Assembly: GCA_036785375.1 (NCBI GenBank)
Contig: JAWMAR010000447.1
Coordinates: 558,001-622,000, forward strand
DNA length: 64,000 bases
Direction: 5' to 3'
DNA from: Leucoraja ocellata
Taxonomy: Eukaryota
A program made the translations under genes and the position numbers. The notes beneath the pieces are model-generated. The model saw only the letters and a program-made list of their open reading frames with translations. It was not told the origin of the DNA and did no database searches. How positions within the stretch are numbered: the first letter of the stretch is position 1; each line of letters opens with the position of its first letter. Positions 50,629 to 63,214 of this stretch are shown here, in pieces.

Positions 50629-51772
50629 TCCAATTCCCTTATATCATTGCTGACAATTTATGAATTTCCAAATAAACAATTTACCTTTCGTTCAACATTT
50701 TTTTAGCAATATCTGGAACTTTTTCTGTTTCTTTATTCTTTGTATGAATAATTGTTTGCTATCCTACAATCTCGCATGTTTTCCCCTTTGCTTTCCCACT
50801 GCATGTGTTCAAATCCCCAAGTTACTTGTTTAAAGTCCTTTTTACTGTGCCATTTAACTTTGCCACAAGAGCATAATTCTTTCCAGTTTTGGGCCTTTGT
50901 AAAGTACAGCTCATTCCTGTCATGAAACCGATACCAGTATCTCAGGAACTTCAATCCTTTTCTTCCCACAACACTCTTTCAAACACCCAATCATTCTTTG
51001 TTTATCCCTATCTGACTATCACATAGTTTGGGTAGTGCTGGGCTCTGGATTCTGCTTTTATAACTTGGGCCTCAGCTCCTCCTGAGATTTTATGCAGAAC
51101 TCTGTATCAATGCTGATACATTTGTCCAACAAATGTAAAACCTATTCAGTCTTTGCACAAGTACACATTGGAAAATCGCACCCCATCATTTTGGATCTAA
51201 GTACAAACTAGATATAGAGCGAAAAAAACCAGTATCAACGAATGCCAACAGCTCCATAATATTGCTCCGTAAACTGCAAAGGGAACTCACAAGCAAAGCC
51301 ACACTTGCAGATATGTTCCATGTCAAATTTAAGTCAAAGGTTAACTATTTCTCAAGCAATGTTTCTCCAAAATGTTAATATTATGTGTCAGCTGGTCACC
51401 ATGCCAAAATGTTAGTGGTTTTTCGGCTAAATTACAGACATTCTTCGAAACAGACCAAAAGTATGTTCAGGGGACAAACTAAAAATTAGTAGGCAAGGTA
51501 TAATTATTATAATTTTATGTAAATTATTCCAACTATTGAACATCTAGTAATAAACTGAAAATACAATAAGTGTAAGTGTAAACCGTGGAAGGAGTTTGCA
51601 TCTGTTTACCACACCACGTAACCTGAATGGCTTCAGATCTGTGAAAGTCCTCAGACGTTCATGCTGTTTGATCCACATTTCTGACCCAAACATGTAAATG
51701 TCTCTGGTTTTCATACATGAATGTTTCCCACAAAATTCCTGAACTATTTAGTCATTACTTGCATGTTATGGT

Positions 51773-51974
51773 CCAATTTTAGGTAGTCCTTGCTTTCTCT
51801 TTCTTTCCCCTCCCCTTCCCAGCTCTCCGCCTCTTCCTTTCTTCTTCCCACCCTCCCCCCCTCCCCACCCCCACATCAGTCTGAAGAAGGGTCTCGACCC
51901 GAAACGTCGCCTATTTCCTTCGCTCCATAGATGCTGCCTCACCCGCTGAGTTTCTCCAACGTTTTTGTCTACCT
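51773..51974 (+). mobile_element. Penelope-like 3' terminal fragment with an intact hammerhead-like core (51881-51908), 14-bp TSD
   Basis: TSD ttgcatgttatggt on both sides. Confidence 0.75.
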
Positions 51975-52154
51975 TTGCATGTTATGGTTTGATCGCGTTA
52001 TTGGTAGGAAGGAACTGCAGATGTTGGTTTACACCAAAGGTAGTCGCAAAATGGTGCAGTAACTCAGCGGGACAAGCAGCATCTCGGGAGAGGAGGAATG
52101 GGTGACACTTCAGGTCAAGACCCTTATTCAGACTGAAGTGGGTTTTGACCCTAA

Positions 52155-53429
52155 AGGGCCTGTCCCGCTTGGACGACAGCCTAAAAACAGGTTGTCGCTT
52201 TGTGGTCGTGTCGTGACGCGGGCGTGATGCGTGGTGATTCGTAGTGACGCATGCATTGACGCGCGGTAACGCATGGTAACGCGTGGTGCTTCCTTGTCGC
52301 CCCAGGATTTTGGAATGTTTAAAATCCTGGGGCGACATTTGGGTGCCTCATCATGTCGTGCGCCAAGTCACACGCTGACGTATGCTGTCCTGCGGATGAT
52401 GCCCGGTTAGGGTTAGGGTTGGGGTTGGGGACCACAGATGGGCTGTAAAATATTATTCCTTCAATGCATGGATTTTAAACATTAATATATTAAAATGAAT
52501 ACAATAAAATCAATTGTGCAAATGAATAGGTGTCTGAGTCGTTCAGTTTTTTTTATAGATCCCACTAATAGTACTGCACAAAGGCCACATCATCTGTTTC
52601 AGTAACATCGACTATGGGATAAATGCAGACTTTGGGAACAACCCCCCCCCCCCCCCCCCCTGTCCGCCCCCTTGCCTTGTTTCACAATGGGTGGTGGGTA
52701 TTTAGACTCAGTGGCCGGAGCAGGTGGGTGGCACTGGTACATTGACAACATTGCCTGTACCCAGTTGAAAAGCCCGCTGCCTCTGGGCGTTTGGAGAGAC
52801 CATTGGAAGAGAGATCTGCCTCGGGGCCAACTCGTGACCAACAGTTTAGTTCCCATGAGGAGCAGGCAGCTCGGGCTAGGGTTTGGGTTTCCTCCCGCAC
52901 TCCAAAGGTGCACGGGTTTGTATAAATTGTCCCTCTCGTGTGTGTGATAGTGTGCGGGGGATCGCAGGTCACAGGCTGGATCCACAAATGGGGGGGGGCA
53001 TTGGGGAAAGTGGGGGTGGGGGGGGTGGAGAATGGGAGAAGGGAAGGAGAGGGGGAGAAGGGGATGTGAGGGGAGGGGATAGTGGATAAGGGGGAGAAGA
53101 GTGAAGTGGGGAGAAGGGGGGGAAGGAATGATGGGGGGGAGAGTGGAGTGGAGAAGGGGGGATGGAAGCAGACCAATACATCTAAAAGTAAAACTGAACG
53201 ACTCAGACACCTTTTCATTTTCACAATTGATTTTATTGTATTAATTTTAATATATTAATGTTTAAAATCCATGCAATGAAGGAAGAATATTTTACAGCCT
53301 CAACCCTAACCGGGAGTCACTCGCATGACAGCATACGTCAGCGTGTATGTTGTGCAAGTTGTTGGTTTACGGGCGTCAGTCACTGGCGCTCCGCAGTCGC
53401 CCAAATGTCGCCCAAGTGGGACAGACCGT
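52155..53429. mobile_element. PIF/Harbinger-like non-autonomous element with long imperfect TIRs
   Basis: TAA TSD (52152-52154 and 53430-53432); termini AGGGCCTGTCCC and GGGACAGACCGT; inverted arms include 52441-52550 versus 53190-53298. Confidence 0.8.
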
Positions 53430-53481
53430 TAAACGTCACCAATTCCTTCTCTCCAGAGATGCTGCCTGTCCCACTGAGTTA

Positions 53482-56479
53482 AGGGGCTGTCTCACTGCGG
53501 TGACCTAATTCGCGAGTTCGGACGAGTTTCCCCATGACTCATACTCGCAGCATGGTCGACATGAGGTCCTAGAAGGTCTTTGTAACTCTCCTTCATGCTC
53601 GAGAGTAGTCCCTGCATACTCAAGGCCTCAGTTAGGTCGCGGCGTATTTTTCAACATGTTGAAAAATGCCCGCGAGTAAAAAAAGATCGAAATGGAAAAA
53701 ATCAATATTTTTTTACTCGCGGGTTTAGTCGAGGTAGGTCATAGTAGGTCATAATGCTATTTGTAGGTAGTCTCAATCAAAGTTAATCAAAGGTAGTTGA
53801 AGGCAAAGCTCATTGAGAAAAATAAGGCAAGTAAACCGACCGGTAATGCTAAATGCTCGCTAAACTTTATTAAACATGGTCTGGCTTCTTAGAAACATAG
53901 AAACATAGAAAATAGGTGCAGGAGTAGGCCATTCGGCCCTTCGAGCCTGCACCGCCATTCGATATGATCATGGCTGATCATCCAACTCAGTATCCCATCG
54001 CTGCCTTCTCTCCATACCCCCTGATCCCTTTAGCCACAAGGGCCACATCTAACTCCCTCTTAAATATAGCCAATGAACTGGCCTCAACTACCTTCTGTGG
54101 CACAGAATTCCACAGATTCACCAATCTCTGTGTAAAAAATGATTCTCTCATCTTGGTCCTAAAATACTTCCCTCTTATCCTTAACCTGTGACCCCTAGTT
54201 CTGGACTTCCCCGACATCGGGAATAATCTTCTATAAGATCCCTCCCTCAATCTTCTGAATTCTAGCGTGTACAAGCCGAGTCTATCCAGCCTTTCTTCAT
54301 ATGAAAGTCCTGCCATGCCAGGAATCAGTCTGGTGAACCTTCTCTGTACTCCCTCTATGGCAAGAATTTCTTTCCTCAGATTAGGAGACCAAAACTGTGC
54401 ACAATACTCCGGGTGTGGTCTCACCAAGGCCCTGTACAACTGCAGTAGAACCTCCCTGCTCCTATACTCAAATCATTTTGCTTTGAATGCTAACATACCA
54501 TTTGCTTTCTTCACTGCCTACTGCACCTGCATGCCTACTTTCAATGACTGGTGTACTATGACACCCAGGTCTCATTGCATCTCCCCTTTTCCTAATCGGC
54601 CACTATTCAGATAATAGTCTACTTTCCTGTTTTTGCCACCAAAGTGGATAACCTCACATTTATCCACATTATACTGCATCTGCCATGCATTTGCCCACTC
54701 ACCCAACCTATCCAAATCACCTTGCAGTCTCCTAGCATCCTCCTCACAGCTAACATTGCCCCCTAGCATCGTGTCATCCGCAAACTTGGAGATGTTGCAT
54801 TCAATTCCCTCATCCAGATCATTAATATATATTGTAAATAGCTGGGGTCCCAGCACTGAGCCTTGTGGTACCCCACTAGTCACTGCCTGCCATTCTGAAA
54901 AGGACCTGTTTACTCCTACTCTTTGCTTCCTGTCTGCCAGCCAGTTCTATCCACATCAATACTGAACCCCCAATACCGTGTGCTTTAAGTTTGTATACTA
55001 ATCTCTTATATGGGAACTTGTCGAAAGCTTTCTGAAAGTACAGATATAACACATCCACTGGTTCTCCCTTATCCACTCTACTAGTTACATCCTCTAAAAA
55101 TTCTATAAGATTCGTCAGACATGATTTACGTTTCATAAATCCATGCTGACTTTGTCCAATGAATTCACCACTTTGCAAATGTGCTGCTATCCCATCTTTA
55201 ATAACTGACTCCAGAATTTTCCCCACTACCGATGTTAGATTAACTGGTCTGTAATTCCCCGTTTTCTCTCTCCCTCCATTTTTAAAAAGTGGGGTTACAT
55301 TAGCTACCCTCCAGTCCTCAGGAACAACTCCAGAATCTAAAGAGTTTTGAAAAATTATCACTAATGCATCCACTATTTCTGCGGCTACTTCCTTAAGTAC
55401 TCTGGGATGCAACTTATCTGGCCCTGGGGATTTATCGGCCTTTAATCCATTCAATTTACCTAACACCACTTCCCGGCTAACCTGGATTTCACTCAGTTCC
55501 TCCATCTCATTTAACCCCCGGTCCCTTGCTATTTCCGGCAGATTATTTATGTCTTCCTTAGTGAAGACACAACCAAAGTAGTTATTCAATTGGTCTGCCA
55601 TGTCCTTGTTCCCCATGATCAATTCGCCTGTTTCTGACTGCAAGGGACCTACATTTGTTTTAACTAATCTTTTCCTCTTCACATATCTATAAAAACTTTT
55701 GCAGTCAGTTTTTATGTTCCCTGCCAGTTTTCTTTCATAATCTATTTTCCCTTTCCTAATTAAGCCTTTTGTCCTCCTCTGCTGGACTCTGAATTCCTCC
55801 CAGTCCTCTGGTAGGCTGCTTGTTCTGGCTAATTTGTATGCTTCATCTTTTGTTTTGATACTATCCCTGATTTCCCTTGTTATCCACGGATGCACTACCT
55901 TCCTTGATTTATTCTTTTGCCAAACTGGGATGAACACTTGTTGTAGTTCATCCATGCAGTTGTTAAATGCTTTCCATTGCATATCCACCGTCAACCCTTT
56001 AAGAATCATTTGCCAGTCTATCTTGGCCAATTCACGTCTCATACCCTCAAAGTCACCTTTCTTTAAGTTCAGGGCCCTTGTTTCTGAATTAACAATGTCA
56101 CTCTCCATTCTAATGAAGAACTCAACCATATTTCTTAAAAGTGTCTCCTCTCCTTCACCCCCCCTTCTCCCCCCTTCTCTCCCCTTCTCTTCCCCTCTCT
56201 TCCCTTCTCTCCACCCCTCCCTCCGCGCTCTCTAAAGGACTTACCGAACTGTGCCAGCCGTATTTTACCTTCCTGTTCATCACGGGTGTGAATTTCAAAT
56301 AGCGCTCCCCCGCTTCCCTTGGCCCCCGCCTTTGCGATGTGTTTGTGTGTGCAGACAGTCGATCCGGCTCGTGGTTTCATCGCTGATGGTTGATCCAGCT
56401 CGAGGTTTTTCAGGCAAGTGCCCTCGAGCTTGAAGGTCGAAGACAGTCTCTGAAAAGTCGCATCAATGGGACCGGCCCT
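53482..56479. mobile_element. PIF/Harbinger-like MITE interrupted by a CR1 LINE
   Basis: TTA TSD (53479-53481 and 56480-56482); termini AGGGGCTGTC and GGGACCGGCCCT. Confidence 0.75.
53892..56131 (-). mobile_element. 5'-truncated CR1/HER1-type LINE, ORF2 reverse transcriptase (few disablements)
   Basis: KSPGPD, NYRPVNLTS, QHGF..KSCLTNL, FQKAFD, GVPQGSVLGP and KFADD motifs over three ORF pieces; (aaacatag)n tail; candidate TSD ttctta. Confidence 0.95.
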
Positions 56480-56819
56480 TTACTGCAGCCTTTTGTGCCT
56501 AGTGATTTTATTGGTGTTAGTTTATTATTGACACATATACCAAGACATGGTGAAAAATGGTGTGTGTTTCATCCACTCCATACATGGGTGTATCAGATAG
56601 AGCAAAAGGAAAATATACATGAGCCACAATGAGGTAGATTGAAAGATTGGATGGACAAGGTCTTATTTGGATTTTTCAAACACATTCATTCGTACAGGTG
56701 ATCGCTCCCAAAGAAATTAAAACTCAAACATTAGTTGCATGTTGGATTCAGCTTCTTCCCTGTTCTCCTTCTCCCCAAAGGTAAACATGAGCACAACAGC
56801 CTGAAATAGTGTAATATAG

Positions 56820-57380
56820 TCATGAGCGTGGAAACAGGCCCTTCAGTCCAACTTGCGCATATGATTCAACATATCCCATCTGCACAAGTCCAACCTGCCT
56901 ACGTTTGGCCCATATCCCTCTAAACCTGTCCTACCATATACTGTCCAATTGTTTCTTAAAATCTGCAAGTCCTTCCCTCAACTACCCCCTTTGGCAGCTC
57001 ATTCCATACACTCACCACCCTCGTGTGAAAAAGCTACCCCTCAAATTCCTGTTAAATCTTTTTCCCCTTCACCTTAAACCTAAGTCCACTGGTTCTCGAT
57101 TCCCGTAATCTGGGCAAGAGACCCTGTGCATCTACCCGATCTATTCCTCTCATGTTTTTGTATGCTTCTATAAGATCACCGCTCATCCTCCTGCACGCCA
57201 AGGAATAGAGTCCCAGACTGCTCAACCTGTCCCTATAGCTTAGGCCCTAGAGTCCTAGCAACATCCTCGTAAATCTTCTCTCCACCCTTTCCTACTTGAC
57301 AACATCTTTCCTATAACATGGTGCCCAGAACGGAATGCAATACTCTAAATGCGGCCTCACCAACGTCTTATATGATTGCA
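56820..57380 (-). mobile_element. CR1 LINE 3' fragment
   Basis: Closely parallels 24870-25450. Confidence 0.85.
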
Positions 57381-58160
57381 AAATGCAATAATAAAAAGTA
57401 TTTTATTGACCTCACAGTCAGATGTTGCATGCACCCAGCATAATGGGCCCTTCAAACACTGGGAACAAAATGGTCTTTTGTCCTCAAAATAAGATGGTTA
57501 GAGGAGGTGTTGCAAAGACGTGAAAGACAAGATAAAATACTGCTAGATATTGTATAAACGCAAAACTCTATTAATGTCATATTTCATTGTTGCATGTTGT
57601 CAAATTGTTCATAAAGATTCATCAAGTTTTGCTGCCACATCTATGTTGTTTGAATTGTCTGGCAGAGTACAAAAAGCCCCATAGTCTATCTTAAAGGCCA
57701 TAACCAACTTATAAAAGACTGTTTATGTGTCACCTTAATAATTTAAAATAGCAATAAATTAACCTGTTTGTATTCTGCTGACTAAGAGCTGAAATGTCAT
57801 CTATGGTTGAAGTGGACACTGATAAATATTAAGTATCTGAACAAAGTAATATCAGGTGACATCATTTTCATATAAACACAGTTGATATTTTGCAGATGTT
57901 ACAACTGTAAACAATAAATGTAATCTGTGGTTTCATACTAATAAAAGTCACCCAGTCATTTATCAAGCTATTCACTTCAATTTTGAAAGGGGTGGGGGAA
58001 AGCCTACATTTGTTCTGAATACATTATCTTATTATTTCTTATATATCCAGTAAATGTATCCACGTTTCCAATGTCAACTTATCTTTTCTGCGCAGAAAAT
58101 ACAGTTTGACTGAATGTTTCTGGTGACATCTTACTGCACTCGGTTCATGTGGAGTCAAAT

Positions 58161-58478
58161 GGGGCGGAAGGATGGCGCAGCGGCAGAATTGCTGCCTTGC
58201 AGTGCTAGAGGCCCGGGTTCGATCCTGACTACGGGTACTGTCTGTACGGAGCTTGTACGTTCTCCCCGTGACCTTCTGGGTTTTCTCTGGGTGCTCCGGT
58301 TTCCTCCCACACTACAAAGACGTACGGGTTTGTAGGTTAATTGGCTTTGATAAAAATTGTAAATTGTTCCTACTGTGTAGGATAATGTTAGTGTGCGGGG
58401 GGGGGGGGTAGCTGGTCAAGGCGGATTTGGTGGGCCGTAGGGCCTGTTTCCGATCTATATCTCTAAACTAAGCTAAAC
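58161..58478 (+). mobile_element. HE1-like V-SINE
   Basis: cccgggttcgatcc B-box, V-domain and tail. Confidence 0.85.
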
Positions 58479-58799
58479 GTTTAGCCCCAAACTATCGCCT
58501 ATGTAAACATTTTACCCATTTTGCAAATGCATTTTCTTCCAGTCAAGTACAGAGGTCTCATACTGTAACGTTTCCTTTAGGATAAATCAAAGAATGCCTA
58601 TATCAGTAGATAAATTCAAAGAGTACTGGTGTATCACTTTAATACTGTATAGTGTATATTCATCTGCATAATGCATTGTAACAATGCCAAGGAATAGAAA
58701 ATTGTTTCAAATCCCAGGACCATTATAGGGTAATAAACCAATACTGCAAGGAAAGGTGCTGTTTTATCCATTGTGCATATTCACGCTGAACATCGATCG

Positions 58800-59190
58800 C
58801 ACCTGTTCAGACTAGTTCTATGTTATCCCACTTTCGCATCCACTTCCTACACACTAGGGGCAATTTACAGTGGTCAATTAGTTTACAAACCTGCACATCT
58901 TTGAGATATGGGAGGAAACCGGAGGAAACCGGAGGAAACCAGAGGAAACCCTCTCATTCATAATGAAAACGTGCAAACTGCACAGAGACACCAGGAATTA
59001 ACCCAGGTCTCAGGTGCTGTGAGGGGTGGGAGATTGCAACCTTCACGTGGTCCACCCTGTTTCAACTAATGCAATCAACCCGAAGTGCACAGACAAGATT
59101 AAATAGAACAAGTTGACCTACAACTTTAGGCTGTGCACGCCATACGCAAGAAGATGAAGGTGCTATGAGGCAGCAGCTGTGCCACTGTGC
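58800..59190 (-). mobile_element. V-SINE variant carrying a nested 133-bp insertion (59025-59157)
   Basis: The insert is flanked by aggtgct(g/a)tgagg and ends in ccatacgcaagaagatga. Confidence 0.65.
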
Positions 59191-60474
59191 CACTGTGCCA
59201 GCTGTGCCATTGGTACAGCTGCTTTTTGGCCACGTAATATCTCCAACATACGTATCAATGGTAATAAATTATATCACCTAATGTTACTTTATTCAGATAC
59301 TCCATATTTCTCAGTGTCCACTTCCGCCCCGGTTATTCCTTCTTTCCCTGCTTCCATCGTGCAGAAGATACAGAAGCTTGAAAGCACGTACCACTAGAAA
59401 CAGCTCTTTCCCTCTGTAATCAGACTTCTCGATGGTCCTATGTGCTCGGTGTAGACCTTTTCCATATTTGGGAGAAATTTCAATGTAATCATATTTGACT
59501 CCTTACATATGAAGGACCATTTACACCCTAGTCATTCCCTCTTCTTCATTCTCCTGCCAGACAAAGGTAGCACCCGATTCAGGAACAGCTTCTTCCTTGC
59601 TGTATCAGACTACTGAACAGTTCTCCCCTAAGCTAAGGATGTAGTCTTGACCTCCCAACCTACCTCATTGCTGTCCTTGCACTTTTTTTTTATCTGCACT
59701 TTCTCTGTAGATCACTGTAAGACTGCAACACTATAATCTGCATGCTAGAATTTTTATCTCTGCACTACCAGTTGTACTAGCAGTTGTACTACTAGAGAGA
59801 GGATTTTTCTCTCTGCACTACAGTTGTACATTGTATTCATGTACAGTATGAGTTAACTGGATAGTTTCCATTATTCTCATTATACATGCAATAATTAACC
59901 AATACCAATACCAATTTTCTTACCTTTCCCTTTTTCCTATCATCCACTTTCTCTTTCTCTTTCTATATCTGTTGACAATGCATTCAAACTCTTTTAATTC
60001 AGTTTCTTTCCCAGCAGAAGTCTTTGTGCTGCTTGAATTGATTGACAGTGGTTGTATTCTCCAAGCACCTTTCAAAAATGGAGTGAGGCTTTTAGCATTA
60101 AGAGAAACACAGGAATGGTCCCTTGCCACTTTCTGCAAAATAAATCACATACTGATTATTTTCATTAAAGTTTAAATACAGAATGAAATATAACATAACG
60201 CATAAACAGAAGTTACTCTTATATCATTCTCAGGCTACCAAGGGCATAAATAATAACTTGGCTGACAATTGCACAAACTTGGTGGATTATTTGGACAACT
60301 TTTCTTCTATCTTCAGTTCAGTTCAGTTCAGTTTAGTTCAGTTTAGTGTCACGTGTGCCGAGGTACAGAGAAAAGTTTTTGTTGCGTGCTATCCATTCAG
60401 CAGAAAGACAATACATGATTACAATTGAACCATTTACGTGTATAGAAAGTATGAAATGTTACTGTAGGAATAGT

Positions 60475-61200
60475 TCAAGAGTTCAAGAGAGTTTTATTGT
60501 CACTTGTCCCTGATAGGACAATGAAATTCTTGCTTTGCTTTAGCACACCAGAACATAGTAGGCATGAATACTGAACAGATCAGTGTGTCCATTTATCATT
60601 GCATAAATATATACACACTTGAATAATTAAACTGATAAAGTGCAAATAAACAGATTATTGGCTATTAATGTTCAGAGTTTTGTCCGAGCCGAGTTTAATA
60701 GCCTGATGGCTGTGTGGGAAGAGGCTGTTCCTGAACCTGGTTGTTGCAGTCTTCAGGCTCCTGTACCTACTAGTGGGGAGATGAGTGTGTGGCCAGGATG
60801 ATGTGGGTCCTTGATGATGCTGCCAGCCTTTTTGAGGCAGCAACTGTGATAGATCTCCTCGATGGAAGGGAGGTCAGAGCAGATGATGGACTTGGGCAGT
60901 GTTTACCACTTTTTGTAGTCTTTTCCGCTCCAGGGCGCTCAGGTTTCCGAACCAAGCCACGATGCAACCAGTCAGCATGCTCTCCACTGTGCACCTGTAG
61001 AAGTTAGAGAGAATCCTCCTTGACAAACCGACTTTCCATAATCTTCTCAGGAAGTAGAGGCGCTGATGAGCTTTCTTTATAATTGCATCAGTGTTCTCGG
61101 ACCAGGAAAGATCTTCAGAGATATGCACGCCCAGGAATTTGAAGCTCTTGACCCTTTCCACCATCGACCCGTTGATATAAATGGGACCGTTGATATAAAC
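60475..61200 (-). mobile_element. Rex1/Babar-type LINE 3' fragment (RT C-terminus)
   Basis: VERVKSFKFLGVHISEDLSWS...KKAHQRLYFLRRL...FYRCTVES.LT.CI..WFG; TTRFRNSLFP; tail gtgacaataaa(ctcttgaa)n. Shorter tails at ~6985, 10130, 29985, 33435, 39120, 59570, 60315 and 61735. Confidence 0.85.
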
Positions 61201-61899
61201 AGGACCGTTGATATAAACGGGAATAGTTTTAATAGTGTGGAGCGATTGTAATATGTGATTGGAGATCTGCTTCTGTGGCTAGTATGCAAATAGTCGCCTG
61301 GGTTGGGCGTCATCTTGGAAGCAGTGTCTTGCAGTGGCTTGGTTGAAGGCAGATACAAATGTCAGTTTAATTTAGATGATGCATCATGTCATCCCATCGT
61401 TCCCATGCAGAGAACAATCCCACATTCGTTGCAAAGTTTTGAAAAGGCAATATCATGGCTCCTTGCAGGTTCACAAACAAGTCACAGGCAGCCCTACATG
61501 TGTGCACATTCATAATACAGCTGGGTTGAAAACAGCCACATTGAGTGGGCACCTTTGATGTGGCAACATGCAACCAGGCATTTTGCTGGATAGGACTGCC
61601 ATGACCAAGTCAAGAGGACAGTGGTCAACTTGCCAACCAGGCTGCAATTTGAAAGATAGTCAGGGTTTCAATTTCCACGCAATATTTCACAAACAAACTG
61701 TTTTCCAACAGGAACAAAAGAACTGTCTCATTAATAAGAGTCAAGAGTGTTTTATTGTCATATGTCCCAGATAGGACAATGAAATTCTTACTTGTTGCAG
61801 CACAACAGAATATGTAAACATAGTACATAACGGAAGAAAAAAGTTCAGTATATACATATACACATGCACACATACTCAATAAATAAACAAATATAGTGC

Positions 61900-61929
61900 A
61901 ATAATAATAATAATAATAATAATAATAAT
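61900..61929. repeat. (AAT)n microsatellite within a Rex/Babar 3' UTR fragment
   Basis: Seen directly. Confidence 0.9.
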
Positions 61930-62862
61930 CTGTTGTAGTTCAGAGCTTATTTGTTGTCGTGTTTAATAGCCTGATGGCTGTAGGGAAGAAGCTGTTCCTG
62001 AACCTGGAATAATATAATTAACTGGAAATTTAAAGTGAAAAACCAAACTGCTGGTGAACACTGTTTTCCTAATGAACAGGGATTAGTGTGTGTGGGTGTG
62101 AAACCGAGAGGGGCCGAGTAAGTTTGTGCAAGTCACCATGTAAAAGTAAACAATGATTCTACCCAGAGGGGGAGTGCAAATGCAACTGGAGACACATTAA
62201 CTAGATTAGATCTGATAGACTGTGAATTGCCATACACACCATTCCACAGCTCTGGCCGGTGATATATGGTTTACATGCTCTGTTCTGAAGTCTTAATCAA
62301 TTTATCTCTCGTAACTTTTGATAAACTATGAAGGCCAATTAACTCGGTAGTCCACGGACAATATACATCTCAATTAACTAAACAGCTGAAAGATTATTTC
62401 ACTTCAAGACAGTAAATGACTGGTTCAAAGAGGAATGGAAGAAAAATAATCCTTGTTAGTCGGTGTAAAAAGATCAAATAAAATCATCGGGAATTACTTT
62501 ATATTTTAGTCACAACATAGAAAAATTTGATTATTTTCTATATTTTACGACATAAATTTTATTGCAGGAAATTTTCTAAATATAAATGTTTGTGTCTATA
62601 AATATTCTAGTTTTTGAAGGAATAATCAAATAAAATATGTGAGAATGCAAAGCAATGTAGATGTTGGAAATCTGAAATAAGATGAAAATTATTCTAACCA
62701 GCAGTTTGACGCTGGCTATGACACTATGTACTTCCATTGTTTTAGTTATTTGAAAATATTTTTGGAAACAGAAATGAGTGCATATCATTCCATCACAAAG
62801 AAAAGAAAGTTACTTTAGTTAAAGGCTCTGAGATCATTTGACTAAATAGAGTGAGGTAAAGT

Positions 62863-63172
62863 GGGCGGCACGGTGGCACAGTGTTGCTGCCTTACAGCGT
62901 TCACAGGGCCGGAGACCCGGGTTTTATCACAACTACGGGTTCTGTCTGTACTGCATTTGTAACAATCTCCCAGTGACCGTGTGGGTTTTCTCCGAGATCG
63001 TAGGTTTCCTCCTGCACAAAGACGTACAGGTATGTAGGTTAATTGACAGGTAGGTAAATGTAAATTGTCCCTAGTGTGTGTAGGATAGTGTTAATGTGCA
63101 GGGATTTCTGGTCAGTGCGGACTCGGTGGGCCGAAGGGCCTTGCTTTCGCGCTGTATCTGTAAACTAAACTA
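62863..63172 (+). mobile_element. HE1-like V-SINE
   Basis: gggcggcacggtggc head, V-domain and (aaact)n tail. Confidence 0.85.
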
Positions 63173-63214
63173 AAATAATGAGTAGAAAGTAATGCATTGA
63201 CGACAGATTCCAGT

